Shown here: positions 42,514 to 54,231 of the stretch, one piece after another | Position numbering within the stretch: the stretch's first letter is position 1 | Layout: each line of letters opens with the position of its first letter | Translations under genes and position numbers: made by a program | The notes under the pieces: generated by a model | Databases searched by the model: none | What the model saw: only the letters and a program-made list of their open reading frames with translations | Told to the model about the DNA's origin: nothing | Assembly: GCA_965240325.2 (NCBI GenBank) | Contig: OZ251243.1 | Location: 186,001-250,000, forward strand | DNA from: Rebecca billardiae RCC1528 | Taxonomy: Eukaryota > Protista > Haptophyta | Length of the DNA: 64,000 nt | Direction of reading: 5' to 3'

Positions 42514-45500
42514 GAGGGAGCACGGCCGAACTCGGACTCGTGTGAAGGTCCCTCCCACTGGGACCTTCACACGTCTCGAGGGACCTTCACACGTTCGACG
42601 AGTGAAGGTCCCTCCGCTGGCGCCGCCCGTTGGCGCTGGATGGGATGGCCGCGTGCGTGCGCGAGCGCCCGCCTCGCGTCGCGCGCCCCGCGCGCAGAGC
42701 GCGCGCTCGGCCGCGCGCGACGCGGCGGAGTCGAGGCTGACATGCCCCTGGCCCACTTCGCGCCGCGCAACGCCGCCCACGCCCATCGCCGCTCGCACGC
42801 GCAGGCCTGCCGCGCACGGCTTGGGCTTTTCAGCACAGGCTGGCGGCGGCGCGCCGGGCCGAGGGCTCGGCCAGTGTTGTGCCCCTCGGCCAGGCCGAGA
42901 CTTGGCGGAGGCGCGGGTAGTGCCATCGCCTGCCCAGATCCCGGGCCTCACCGTCAGAGTGTGCACGCGAGGCGCGCTGTCGTGGTCGACAGGTGAGGCG
43001 CCGCGTGCTCGCCCTCGAGCGGGCAGCGGACATACCGGCAGGCGCGCGCGCACACAGCGGGGCTGTCGAGCTGCTTCCGGCTGGGTAGATCGACGGCGCA
43101 TGCCCTGGCCCTGGTCTGGGAGGCGTGCGCGGGTTCGGAGGCCGGTGAACGCTCGGCGCGGACCCACGTGTCTTGCCGGGCACGGTTGCGCGACAGCTCT
43201 GCAGCCAGTCTCGAGGCTGAGTGGCATCAGAGCGCTTGCCGGCGTGCTGGCGGGCTCAGCCGCCGGGCCGATGCCCACGCCTTGGCCGGGATGCGACCGG
43301 CCTCCGCGTCCTCCGCAGCCGCCTGGAGCCGTCGACCCGCTGCCCACGGCCCGCGGCCGGCAGGCCGCTTGGCGGATGGCCAGAGGAGCAGGCGGCCGAG
43401 CCGGCTGGGCGGCAGCGAGGGTGGTGGAGATGGAGGCGGGCTCGGCGGCGGAGGCGGCGGAGGCGGGCTTGATAGCGGGCTCGGCGGCGGCGAGGATGGC
43501 AGGTTCAGTGCTGGCGATGACGGTGGGCTTGGCGGTGAGCTCGGCGGTGGCTGACGTGGCAGACTTGGCGGTGGGATCGGCTGCCGGCGGCTTGGTGGCA
43601 GCGGAGGCGGCGGCGACGGGATCGAGCTCGGCGGCGTGGTCGGAGGCGGTGCTGATGGCGGCGATGATGGTAGCGGGCTTGTTGGCGGCGATGTAGGCAG
43701 CGACGGCTGCGGGCTCAGCGGCGGGCTTTGTGGCGGCGATGTAGGCGGTGATGACGGTGGTGGGCTCAGCGGCGGGGTCGGCAGCGGCGACGGCAGCGGC
43801 AGGCTCGAGGTGGGCTTGGTGGCGGTGATGGCGGCCGGGCTCGGCTATGGACTTTGCGGCGGTGGGCTCGGGGGCGGAGTCGGTGGCGGCGAAGGTGGCG
43901 AACCCAGCGCTAGGCTTGGCGCTGGGGTGGAGGAGATGGGCTTGGTTGTCCGTGGTGGGCTTGGTGGCGGCGATTTGGCGATGATGGCTGTGAGCGGCGG
44001 AGTGGCCATGAGCTCGGCAGAGGTGACGGTGGCTCGGGAACGGTGGCTGGCTCGGCGGCGGCTTCGGCGGCCGCGACGGAGACGGGCTGTGAGGCGGCTA
44101 GGGCGGTGGTGTGGGATGGGATTACTGCGTCACTGTTGCCCTCGGTCAGAGCTTGGCGGGGACACAGCGCGGCCAAGCTCCGGGCGTTGGCGCTGCCGCC
44201 AGGTCGGCCGCAGGCCACCCACTCGTCGGCAAAGCTTGGGCGGCAGCGATGCCCAGACATGAAGGAGGGCACTGCGGGATCGCTGCGTCACCTCGGGAAG
44301 GCTGAGTCCATGAGAGAGATGATCGGCACTGCCCCGTCTGGTGGAGTTCGATGAGCTGACTTAGACTACTTTTGCGACCGTAGGCTGCTGCTCGGCCTTG
44401 TCAGAGTCGACATCCGACCTAGCGCCAGCGCGGCGCAGTACGTATCGATTGAGTCATTGCGCGGACCAGCAGCATGAGACGTCATCGCGACTCGGAGTTC
44501 GTCACGTGCCACTCAACCGCGTCCGACCCGCCCCACTGCCACCTTGGGCAAGCGCCTGCAGACGATACGGCGGGCCAGCATCATAAGCTGCGCTCCTGCT
44601 GAGTGCTGGCTGATGATGACTGCGTCAGACAACTGCGCATTGCAGCCGCAGCCATACCGTACATACGCTCTCAGCGGGACTACGCGCGAGTTGTTCTGCC
44701 TTCTAGCGGTGCCGGCACGTGGCGCGACGATTCTGGCGTCATTATCACTTGACGACTCGACTGATCACGACGAGTGGCCCTTCTCAAGCAAGTGCAGCAG
44801 CATTAGAAGTATAGCCTACACTCGTCCGTCATCGTCTGGTTCCCCTGAGAAGTCTTCTGGAATGCATCAGCGACATGCTCCCGCAGCCTGGTCAGTGGTC
44901 CAAGCCAGTCACATCCGGCAGCCTGACATCATCCCACATGCCGCGTGGGCAGAGAGGCGCGCTATGCCCACGCGACTGGCTTCCTAGAAGCTGCCGTGAC
45001 GGAACGAGTGTCAGCAGTGGACCGCCGGCCGGTGCCGCGCGCCGCACCGCCGGGCCCAATGGCAACGAACACCCGGTGGCCGGCGGTGCGGCCCTAGGCT
45101 AGTGCGGCGGATCTATCGCGTATAGAACGACCGGCCGTGACGCGCTCTGCACCACGTACATTCGGACGCGGCAATGAGCAGCATGCACCACCGTCCGGCC
45201 GTCTCAGGTCGCTGTCGTCGGCAGCCAGCCGGTGCCGGGCACGGTGGCGCCGGGCGCTCGTAGCTGAAGGACCGCGATCAAGGATTGATTGCCAAGTCGT
45301 CAGCCGACGACTGGGAAGTTGAGCCTGATGCTGCCCGCTGCCGGTTCGCGGGACGAATGACGAGCAGCCTATGGCCCGTGAACCTGCGTCAGCTCCTAGA
45401 ACTCTTCCAGACGCGGTGAGGATATCCCTCACGAACTCAGCCCTCTCGCGCTGACGCAGCGCGTCTTGCGGCCTGCTGCGTGCCGCGAGCTATCGGACAG

Positions 45501-48014
45501 CGCGGCCCGCCGGCCGCGGGCCTTGGGCGGCGGGTCGACGGCTCCAGGCGGCTGCGGAGGACGCGGAGGCCGGTCGCATCCCGGCCAAGGCGTGGGCATC
45601 GGCCCGGCGGTTGGGCCCGTCAGCACGCCGGCAAGCGCTCTGATGCCACTCGAGACTGGCTGCCGAGCTGTCGCGCAACCGTGCCCGGCAAGACACGTGG
45701 GTCCGCGCCGAGCGTTCACCGGCCTCCGAACCCGCGCACGCCTCCCAGACCAGGGCCAGGGCATGCGCCGTCGATCTACCCAGCCGGAAGCAGCTCGACA
45801 GCCCCGCTGTGTGCGCGCGCGCCTGCCGGTATGTCCGCTGCCCGCTCGAGGGCGAGCACGCGGCGCCTCACCTGCCGACCACGACAGCGCGCCTCGCGTG
45901 CACACTCTGATGGCGAGGCCCGGGATCTGGGCAGGCGATGGCACTACCCGCGCCTCCGCCAAGTCTCGGCCTGGCCGAGCCTGCCACAACGAGCAGCATG
46001 CACCACAGTCCGGCCGTCTCAGGTCACTGTCGTCGGCAGCCAGCATTCGCCGGGCGCGATGGCGCCGGGCGCTCGCGCGCGATCAAGGATTGATTGCCAT
46101 CAAGTCGTCAGCCGTCGACTGGGAAGCTGAGCCTGATGCTGCCCGCTGCCGGGTCGCGGGACGAATAACGAGCAGCCTACGGTCCGTGAACCTGCGTTAG
46201 CTCCTAGAACGCTTTCAGACGTGGTGAGGATCTCCCTCACGACCTCAGCCCTCTCGCGCTGACGCAGCGCGTCCGCTGCCACTCTACGGCCTTGCTTCCT
46301 GCTGCGTGCCGCGAGCTCTCGGACAGCCCGGCCCGCCGGCCGCGGGCCTTGGGCGGCGGGTCGACGGCTCCAGGCGGCTGCGGAGGATGCGGAGGCCGGT
46401 CGCATCCCGGCCAAGGCGTGGGCATCGGCCCGGCGGCTGAGCCCGCCAGCACGCCGGCAAGCGCTCTGATGCCACTCAGCCTCGAGACTGGCTGCAGAGC
46501 TGTCGCGCAACCGTGCCCGGCAAGACACGTGGGTCCGCGCCGAGCGTTCACCGGCCTCCGAACCCGCGCACGCCTCCCAGACCAGGGCCAGGGCATGCGC
46601 CGTCGATCTACCCAGCCGGAAGCAGCTCGACAGCCCCGCTGTGTGCGCGCGCGCCTGCCGGTATGTCCGCTGCCCGCTCGAGGGCGAGCACGCGGCGCCT
46701 CACCTGCCGACCACGACAGCGCGCCTCGCGTGCACACTCTGATGGCGAGGCCCGGGATCTGGGCAGGCGATGGCACTACCCGCGCCTCCGCCAAGTCTCG
46801 GCCTGGCCGAGCCTGCCACAACGAGCAGCATGCACCACAGTCCGGCCGTCTCAGGTCACTGTCGTCGGCAGCCAGCATTCGCCGGGCGCGATGGCGCCGG
46901 GCGCTCGCGCGCGATCAAGGATTGATTGCCATCAAGTCGTCAGCCGTCGACTGGGAAGCTGAGCCTGATGCTGCCCGCTGCCGGGTCGCGGGACGAATAA
47001 CGAGCAGCCTACGGTCCGTGAACCTGCGTTAGCTCCTAGAACGCTTTCAGACGTGGTGAGGATCTCCCTCACGACCTCAGCCCTCTCGCGCTGACGCAGC
47101 GCGTCCGCTGCCACTCTACGGCCTTGCTTCCTGCTGCGTGCCGCGAGCTCTCGGACAGCCCGGCCCGCCGGCCGCGGGCCTTGGGCGGCGGGTCGACGGC
47201 TCCAGGCGGCTGCGGAGGATGCGGAGGCCGGTCGCATCCCGGCCAAGGCGTGGGCATCGGCCCGGCGGCTGAGCCCGCCAGCACGCCGGCAAGCGCTCTG
47301 ATGCCACTCAGCCTCGAGACTGGCTGCAGAGCTGTCGCGCAACCGTGCCCGGCAAGACACGTGGGTCCGCGCCGAGCGTTCACCGGCCTCCGAACCCGCG
47401 CACGCCTCCCAGACCAGGGCCAGGGCATGCGCCGTCGATCTACCCAGCCGGAAGCAGCTCGACAGCCCCGCTGTGTGCGCGCGCGCCTGCCGGTATGTCC
47501 GCTGCCCGCTCGAGGGCGAGCACGCGGCGCCTCACCTGTCGACCACGACAGCGCGCCTCGCGTGCACACTCTGACGGTGAGGCCCGGGATCTGGGCAGGC
47601 GATGGCACTACCCGCGCCTCCGCCAAGTCTCGGCCTGGCCGAGGGGCACAACACTGGCCGAGCCCTCGGCCCGGCGCGCCGCCGCCAGCCTGTGCTGAAA
47701 AGCCCAAGCCGTGCGCGGCAGGCCTGCGCGTGCGAGCGGCGATGGGCGTGGGCGGCGTTGCGCGGCGCGAAGTGGGCCAGGGGCATGTCAGCCTCGACTC
47801 CGCCGCGTCGCGCGCGGCCGAGCGCGCGCTCTGCGCGCGGGGCGCGCGACGCGAGGCGGGCGCTCGCGCACGCACGCGGCCATCCCATCCAGCGCCAACG
47901 GGCGGCGCCAGCGGAGGGACCTTCACTCGTCGAACGTGTGAAGGTCCCTCGAGACGTGTGAAGGTCCCAGTGGGAGGGACCTTCACACGAGTCCGAGTTC
48001 GGCCGTGCTCCCTC
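42514..48014. mobile_element. Non-autonomous foldback-type DNA element, 5,501 bp, ~854-bp TIRs, 5-bp TSD AGTGA
   Basis: 42514-43367 is the near-perfect reverse complement of 47161-48014, with termini GAGGGAGCACGGCC...GGCCGTGCTCCCTC. AGTGA flanks both sides (42509-42513 and 48015-48019). Removing the element restores the PAP2 reading frame. No transposase motif recognised inside. Confidence 0.9.
45172..47642. repeat. ~832-bp tandem repeat, 3 copies, inside the TIR element and overlapping the inner part of the right TIR
   Basis: Identical ORFs recur at an 832-nt offset (46100..46528 and 46932..47360). The unit start gagcagcatgcaccac is at ~45177, ~45991 and ~46823. The first copy is the most diverged. 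Confidence 0.9.
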
Positions 48015-48432
48015 AGTGAGCGCTGCTTCAGCTGCTGCTTCTGAGGATTTCGTCATCCCGAGATTCGTCGGACCGGAGAATCTGAAATCGCCAAATCGGC
48101 CGTCCACACGCATCGCATCCCGCTTTCGCAATTTCCATATCGATGGCGGCCGCCGGCCCGCAGCCCACGGCCAGCAAGCCGGGTCGTAGTCCTTGAACCA
48201 TCAGTGACGCTGTATGTATACATCGAAGAGCGCGGACCCTGCACGCCTTGCCCCGTCGCACTCGCCAGCAGCACGAGCGAGCGCGCTCGTCGCCGTCCCT
48301 TCTCACCCCGAATCTGGCCCGGCGCGGAGAAAGTTGCCCGGAGGCGCAGTCACTACCACCGCCGCGGTGGACCGCGACTCGGCGACACGGACAGCCAAAC
48401 GTGATGAGCGCGGGCGGTGCGGCTGTTGAGCC

Positions 48433-51432
48433 TTAGCGGCGCGGCTCGACGAGCGCCTCGCGTTCGTCGAACGAGCCCAGCCCGTCGGCATGGTCGTGCG
48501 GAGGCGAGGGGGGCTCGCGCGCGCCGTGGGCCGCGCCGGGTGCGCCGCCGGCGCGGCCGCGCGCCACGGCACCCGCTGCGCCGAGCTCGCTCTCGAGCCT
48601 GCGCGCGCCGCCGCGGCAGAGGGGGGCGCGGCGCGGAGGTGAGCGCCCCGCGCGGCGGGCAGGCGCCAGACGGCGCACCCGCCCGCCCGCGGCCGTCGGG
48701 GACAGGCACGCTGCCGGCCACGCGCACAGGGGGCCCGGCCCGCCGGCGCGTGACGCGCGCGCGCGCGCGCTCACAGTTCAAACGGCTCGTAGCCCGAGCA
48801 CGCGCCGAGGGTGGGCTGCGGCGTGCGCTCCCAGCCCTCGGCCGGCCCCGCCCAGCCGCGCCTCGCGTCCGCGCACCCGCCGCCATACCCGGCTGCGGGC
48901 GTGGGCGAGATTGCAATCTCGCCCGGCGGCCCTCCAAGCCCTGAGAGCTCCGACAGCCGGCCAACGTCGTCCGCGCACCCGCCGCCGCCGCCGCTTGCGA
49001 CCGTGCTCGCCTCGGCGGCCGCGATGCGCGTGGGCGTGAGCGCGGGCAGCGAGCGCGCGCACGCCGCGTGCGCCGGCGCGCCCCACTGCTCGGCGTGCGA
49101 CGGCCGAGGGCTGGGCCCGCCGCTGCCCGCATCCGGAGACAAGCTCGGCCACGCGTGAGGCGCGCAGGTTTCCCACCGAGGGCGCGCGCCGCCGCCACGC
49201 TCCGAGCCGAGCGGCGCGCCGACCGCCACCGCGCCGCCCTCGCGGCCGCCATCGTCGCTGCCGGCATGCGCGTCCGAGTGCGCCATCGGCTCGTCCCAGC
49301 TCACGGCGCCGGGCACAGCCGGGCTGGCTCCCACCGCCTCTGCCGACTCCTCGGCTGCCGCGCGCGCGAGTGCGCGCCAGCGCGCGTCCGCGTCCGCGTC
49401 CGCGCCCGCGTCCGCATCGTCGGCGCCGCCATGGCCGCCGATGCCCGCGCGCGGCGACGGCGGCGCCGAGCCCGCGCGGCCGGGCGCGTCCGCATCGGGC
49501 GACTCCCCCGCGCCACCCGCGCCCTGCTCCTCGCCCGCCGCCGGCCTCGCGGCAGCATGGCCGCCGTCCAGCGCTGCCGCACCAGCATGGCCGCCGTCCA
49601 GCGCTGCTGCAAACGCTCCCCACGAGGCGGAGGAGGCGCGGCCGCGCGGCGCGTGCGGCGTGCGCGCGGCCGGGTGCAGGGGCGCGCCGTGCTCCGGCGG
49701 GAGGCTGCCCGCGCGGCCGCGCGCGCCGGGCTGCGCGCGCTCGGCGCCGCGCTCCACGCCCTGCTGCAGTGCCCGCCGCGCGCGCGCCACTGGGCCGGGT
49801 GGCGGTGCGGCCGCCGCGTCCGCGTCCGCGCGCGTGGCGCCGCGCGCGTGCGGCTGTGGCGGTGCGGCCGCTGCGCCGTGCGCCTCGTCTGCGAGCGAGG
49901 GCGGCGCGGAGGCGGAGGCGGACGCGTCACTCCCGTCTGGCACCCACTCGTCCCACACGAGCTGCTGCGCCGCCGCCGGCTGCGGCTGCGGCCCGTGCCA
50001 GCCTGCGAGCGCGTGGGCGGCCGCAGCCTCGGGTGCATCCGCCGCCGCCGCGCGGGGCCAGGCTGAGCCAGCGCCGCACACCGGCCGCGCGCGCTGCTCG
50101 TGCGGGGCCGCCTCCGCATACGCACGCGGCGCGCGCGGCGCTCCTTGCTCGTCCTCCCCGCCACCATCCCCGCGGCACCCAGGAGGCACAGGCGAGCGCC
50201 AGGCCTCGGCCTCGGCCTCGGCCGCCGCCGCCGCCGCCGCCGCGTGTGCGCCCGCGCCCGCGTCCTCGGCTGCGTCGAGCGGGTACCCCCAGTGGGCGAC
50301 GCCCTCGTCGTCCTGCCGCGCGCGCGCGCGGTGGCGAGGGTGGGCGCGGGGCCGAGCGCCGCAGCGCACGCGGGGCGGGGCGAGTGCGCCGCGCGCTGTG
50401 AGCGCGCGGAGCGCATGCGGCGCGCGCTCTGCACAGCGTCGCGGCGGCGCAGCGCGCGGCACGGATGTCTCGCGCCGGATCCGCTGCGGAGCGGCTGGCG
50501 CCAGCGCACGCCCGCGCGCGCGCACGCCGCGCGCGCAGCCCGGCACGCACCTCCCAGGCCGGCCGCACGCGGAACACCGCCGCGGCCGCCGCCGCCGCGC
50601 GCCGCGCGTCTGCGGCCGCGGCCGCCGCGTCGGCGGCCGGCGGCGCCGGCCGGTGCGGAGCGGCGCTGGCCGGGAGACCGCGCACGCCGGACGAGCGGAA
50701 GAGGCGGTCGGCGGCGCGCGCGGGCGCAGGCGCGCGCGCCGCCGCGCCGCCGCCGCCGCCGGGCGCGCGCGGCGGCGAGGCTGCGATCTCGCCGCCGCGG
50801 CCAATCGCCATCGCCGCGCCGGGCGGCGAGATTGCAATCTCGCGCGGGTGGCGCGGCGCGGGCTGCGTCGCGGGCGTCGCGCCCGCGCCGTCGCCGCCCG
50901 CGCGGCCGCCCGTCCCGCCGCCGGCCTCGCCGTCCTCCGCGCCCGGCGCGGCGGCGCGCAGCAAGCCGCCGCCACCGCCGCCACCGCCCGCGTGCGCCGG
51001 GCTGCGCGCGCGCTGCCGCTGCGCCACGGCCGCGCGGTGCGTACGCGAGACAGGCAGCGGTCTGAACGTGAGGTGCGCTGACGCCTCCGCCTCCCTGCGC
51101 AGCTGCTCCCGCCGGCGGAACTCGGCGAGCCGCTCGTCCCGCTCGCGCAGCCACGTGCGCTGCCGCTCGGCCACCGTCGGCTGCGCATGCCGCGGCCGCC
51201 CGCCGCCGTCGCCGCCGCCGTCGTCATCGCCGCCACCGCCGCCGCCGCCGCCGCCGCCGGCCGCCGCAGAGCGAGCATACTGCTTACGCAAACGCTCGCG
51301 CTGCGCACGCGCCTCGCGCGCCTCCTGCTCGCGGTCCTCCTCCAGCTGCCGCCGGCTCTGCGCCAGCCGCTCCTCGCGCAGCTGCTGCGCGTCAAGCAGC
51401 CGCTGCGCGACCGTGCGCCCGGGCCGAGCGCC

Positions 51433-51519
<87 letters not shown>

Positions 51520-52653
51520 CTCCTCGTCGCCGGCGTGGGCGGCGTCGGCGCCGGTCGCCGCGCGCACGAGCGCGCGCGAGTGCTCGTTCAGCTCCGGCCG
51601 GAACGTCGGCTCCGCCCTGCGCAGCAGCTCCTGCGTCGCCGCGCCAACCGTCACCTCGGCCGCGCCGCGCGGCGTCAGCAGCCGCTGCCGCGCGCCCGCG
51701 CCCGTTCGCTCCTCGAGGAGCCGCGCTCTGAACTCGGAGATCTCGGAGAGCGGGCGGGGCTGCGCGGCGCGGCGGGCGTCGTCGTCGGCCGCCGCCACGC
51801 GCTCCTCCGCGCGCCGCCGCGCCTCGTCCCCCGCGCGCAGCAGTCGCTCCACCGTCGCCATCTCGCGCCGGCCGACCGAGCGCGCGCGCACCTCGCCCGC
51901 GACGAGGGCGCGCGCGCGCTCGTCCTCCTCCGCCTCGCGCGCGCGGCGCTCGCGCGCGAGCTCGACGCCCTCGTCGTGCAGCCGCACGTGCACCGGCGTC
52001 GCCGCCCCGTGCGCCGCGTACTCGCACCCGCCGCCGCCCTCCTCGCCCTCCGCCAGCGCGCGCCGGCGCGCCGCCGCGATCGCCGCCGACCGCGGGTCGA
52101 GCGACGGGTGGAACGTGCACGCGGGCTCGAGCGCGTCGCCGCGCTCGCCGTCGGCGCGCTCGAGCTCGGCGACGATCGCGTCGAGCCGCGCCTCCTCCAC
52201 CGACGCGAGCGCGGCGCACGCCGCCGCGAGCGGCCGCTCGGGGCCAAAGTCGCGCCGGTCGACGCGGCCGCGCCGCAGCGCCGCGAGGTGGGCCTCGAGC
52301 GCGCCGCGCCGCCGGCGGAGGAAGTCGGCGCGCGGCTCGCCCTCGCGCGGGCGCATCTGCAGCGCCGCGCTCATCAGCTCGTCCCGCCGCGCGAGCAGCC
52401 GCGCCTCGATCCTCGGCTCGTGCGCGCGCTCGGCGGCGCGCGCCGCCTCGGCGCGCCGACCGGCCTCGGCCACCGCGCCCGGCGGCGAGGCGGTGCGCCG
52501 CGGCTCGAGCGGCGTCTCCTGGCGCTCGCGCTCGAGGGCCATCGCGCGCAGGATCACGCGCCGCTGCTCCGCCTCGGCGGGCCAGCGCAGCAGCCGGTCG
52601 ACCACCGGCGCGCCGCCGCCGGCCGGCACGCCATCAGCTCGGGGCGAGGCCAT
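48433..52653 (-). CDS. Uncharacterised coiled-coil / low-complexity protein with TFxP repeats (~1,268 aa, 3 inferred exons)
   Basis: ATG at 52653. Inferred exons 50551-52653, 48775-50312, 48433-48598 with GT-AG introns 50313-50550 and 48599-48774; frame is preserved. Motifs CTFHPSL, PTFRPEL, LTFRPL, VHVRLHD and VERLL alternate with E/R-rich helices and poly-Gly. Confidence 0.6.
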
Positions 52654-52848
52654 GGCTGGGCAGCACTGCAGCAGCCCGAGAGCTGCCCCGGATGCTCGGC
52701 TTGGCTCACCGACCTGTGCCGGTGTGCCGCGCTGCGCAAGGCCAGCAGCACTCTTCGACGGCTGCTCGCCTGCGCGCGAGCAAGTTGCTGTTCCGGCAAC
52801 GGGAAAATGTTTTGCTGTGCTGTTGGAGTCTCCAACGACGGGCGAGCG

Positions 52849-53871
52849 ATGGCGCCCGCGCGGCGCGCCCTCGGGGCGATCTTGGCGATCTTCACCTCAG
52901 CCGCGGGTATGGGCATGGCCGACGATGGCCGCCCGGCGCATGTGGCGCCAGGCGGGAAGAATGGCTCCGCGCCGACGGAGGGCGCTCCGCGCCGAAGCTT
53001 GTCGGAGGCGCAGCTTTGTCCGCCGAGGAAGCGAGGGGAGCATCGGCAGCTCTTCGCATTCCCGCACCTGGCGAAGACGGGCGGGACGACGCTCTCCGTG
53101 CTGCTGTACTACACGGCTGCATGCGTCGAGTGCGGCTCGTATGAATCAAACGGCGACAAGCAAGCCCGCCGCCCGGACGGCAGCTGCGACCCCCGCTACA
53201 AGCTGGGCCTCAACGAGCTCGCTGAGGATCATCGCGTCGCTCCTGAGCTCCAGCCCAGCGTGCGCAGCCAGACGGCCGCGGTCGTCTACATGCACGCGAA
53301 CGTGCGGTGGCACCTCTCCTTGCCCGACGCGAAGCTGCTCATCCTGGTGCGCAGGACGGTCCCGTTCCGCATCTCGCTGTTCATGGCCGGCCGCGGCGGC
53401 GCCAGCGCGCTGAGCAACTTCTCCGCGTGGATCAGGTCGGATGGGTACCGGCGGGAGGCGCTGGGCGTGCAGCTGCTGCACTACGAGCTGCTCTGGGGGC
53501 ACCAGGGGAGCCAGGACACCGTGAAGAGCAGAGGCGCCATCGCGCGCTTATCGCCCAGCGCCCTGGCAGAGCGGCTGATCGACCACCCGCGCGTCGCGTG
53601 GGTCGGGTGCATCGACGCGTGGGCGCCGTCGCTGATGGCGCTCGAGCCCGTGCTGGGCGTGCCGCTGCTCGACGCCGGCATCCAGCTGCATTTTCGCCTG
53701 AGGGGGCAAGCGAACGTTCCGACGCTCACCACCGCTGACTACGGCCACCTCGCGACGATGGAGGCGAGAGAGAGCCTGTGGGTCGAGCACCTGATCAGGC
53801 ATGTGCACTATATGGCGCGAAGCAGTCGGCCGCCGCCGGCGCCGCCCGCGAGCCCCGCGACCGAGCACTGA
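52849..53871 (+). CDS. Sulfotransferase-family protein (HxxKTGGT type, Sulfotransfer_2-like), secretory pathway
   Basis: Signal/anchor MAPARRALGAILAIFTSAAG. 5'-PAPS-binding FPHLAKTGGTTL. Degenerate 3'-PB LILVRRTVPFRISLF. AWVGCID. Confidence 0.7.
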   Translation: MAPARRALGAILAIFTSAAGMGMADDGRPAHVAPGGKNGSAPTEGAPRRSLSEAQLCPPRKRGEHRQLFAFPHLAKTGGTTLSVLLYYTAACVECGSYESNGDKQARRPDGSCDPRYKLGLNELAEDHRVAPELQPSVRSQTAAVVYMHANVRWHLSLPDAKLLILVRRTVPFRISLFMAGRGGASALSNFSAWIRSDGYRREALGVQLLHYELLWGHQGSQDTVKSRGAIARLSPSALAERLIDHPRVAWVGCIDAWAPSLMALEPVLGVPLLDAGIQLHFRLRGQANVPTLTTADYGHLATMEARESLWVEHLIRHVHYMARSSRPPPAPPASPATEH

Positions 53872-54090
53872 TGATGATGACGCGCCGACGTTACTACCGC
53901 CGCCCGGTGCGTATCAGCGGCCGTCGCTCGCGCTCTTATTTCTGCAGTGGCGGGTCGGGCGTTGTCGTCGTCGTCGTCGTCGTCGCGCGTCGTTCACGGC
54001 CTGTTTTATTTCTACCAGATTCCATTTACTATATGTCTATGTCACGGCGACAAACCCGTGCCCGCCAGTGGGAATCGGTGTCACGCCCCG

Positions 54091-54231
54091 TTCAGTGTAC
54101 CTCTCACGGCCGATGGCGGCCCCCACGTGCGCGAGGAACGCGATTCGTGCACTCCTCGGTGACCGGTGAGTGCACGAATCCAGTTGCGGCGCTCGTCCGC
54201 CTCTTCGTCGTCGCACACGAGGTACACTGAA
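54091..54231. repeat. Co-centred inverted repeats forming an imperfect 141-bp palindrome
   Basis: TTCAGTGTACCTC (54091-54103) pairs with GAGGTACACTGAA (54219-54231), and GATTCGTGCACTC (54142-54154) pairs with GAGTGCACGAATC (54168-54180). Both pairs are centred on 54161. Confidence 0.8.

Noticed and set aside
42540-42615. GTGAAGGTCCC repeats as a CRISPR array
   Set aside because: The repeats are only 11 bp, in mixed orientation, with no unique spacers of regular length and no cas genes; the context is eukaryotic.
42514-48014. The element being spliced out as an intron of the PAP2 gene
   Set aside because: On the gene strand it begins GAG and ends CTC, so there are no GT/GC-AG ends at the boundaries. 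Cryptic splicing nearby cannot be excluded without RNA data.
42013-48131. Duplicated 100-300-aa ORFs within the TIR element as a transposase
   Set aside because: Low-complexity Arg/Pro/Ala translations of GC-rich repeats with no DDE, HUH or tyrosine-recombinase motifs.
51187-52848. N-terminal 554 aa of ORF 51187..53871
   Set aside because: Antisense shadow of the TFxP-repeat gene. The sulfotransferase most plausibly starts at ATG 52849 with a signal/anchor.
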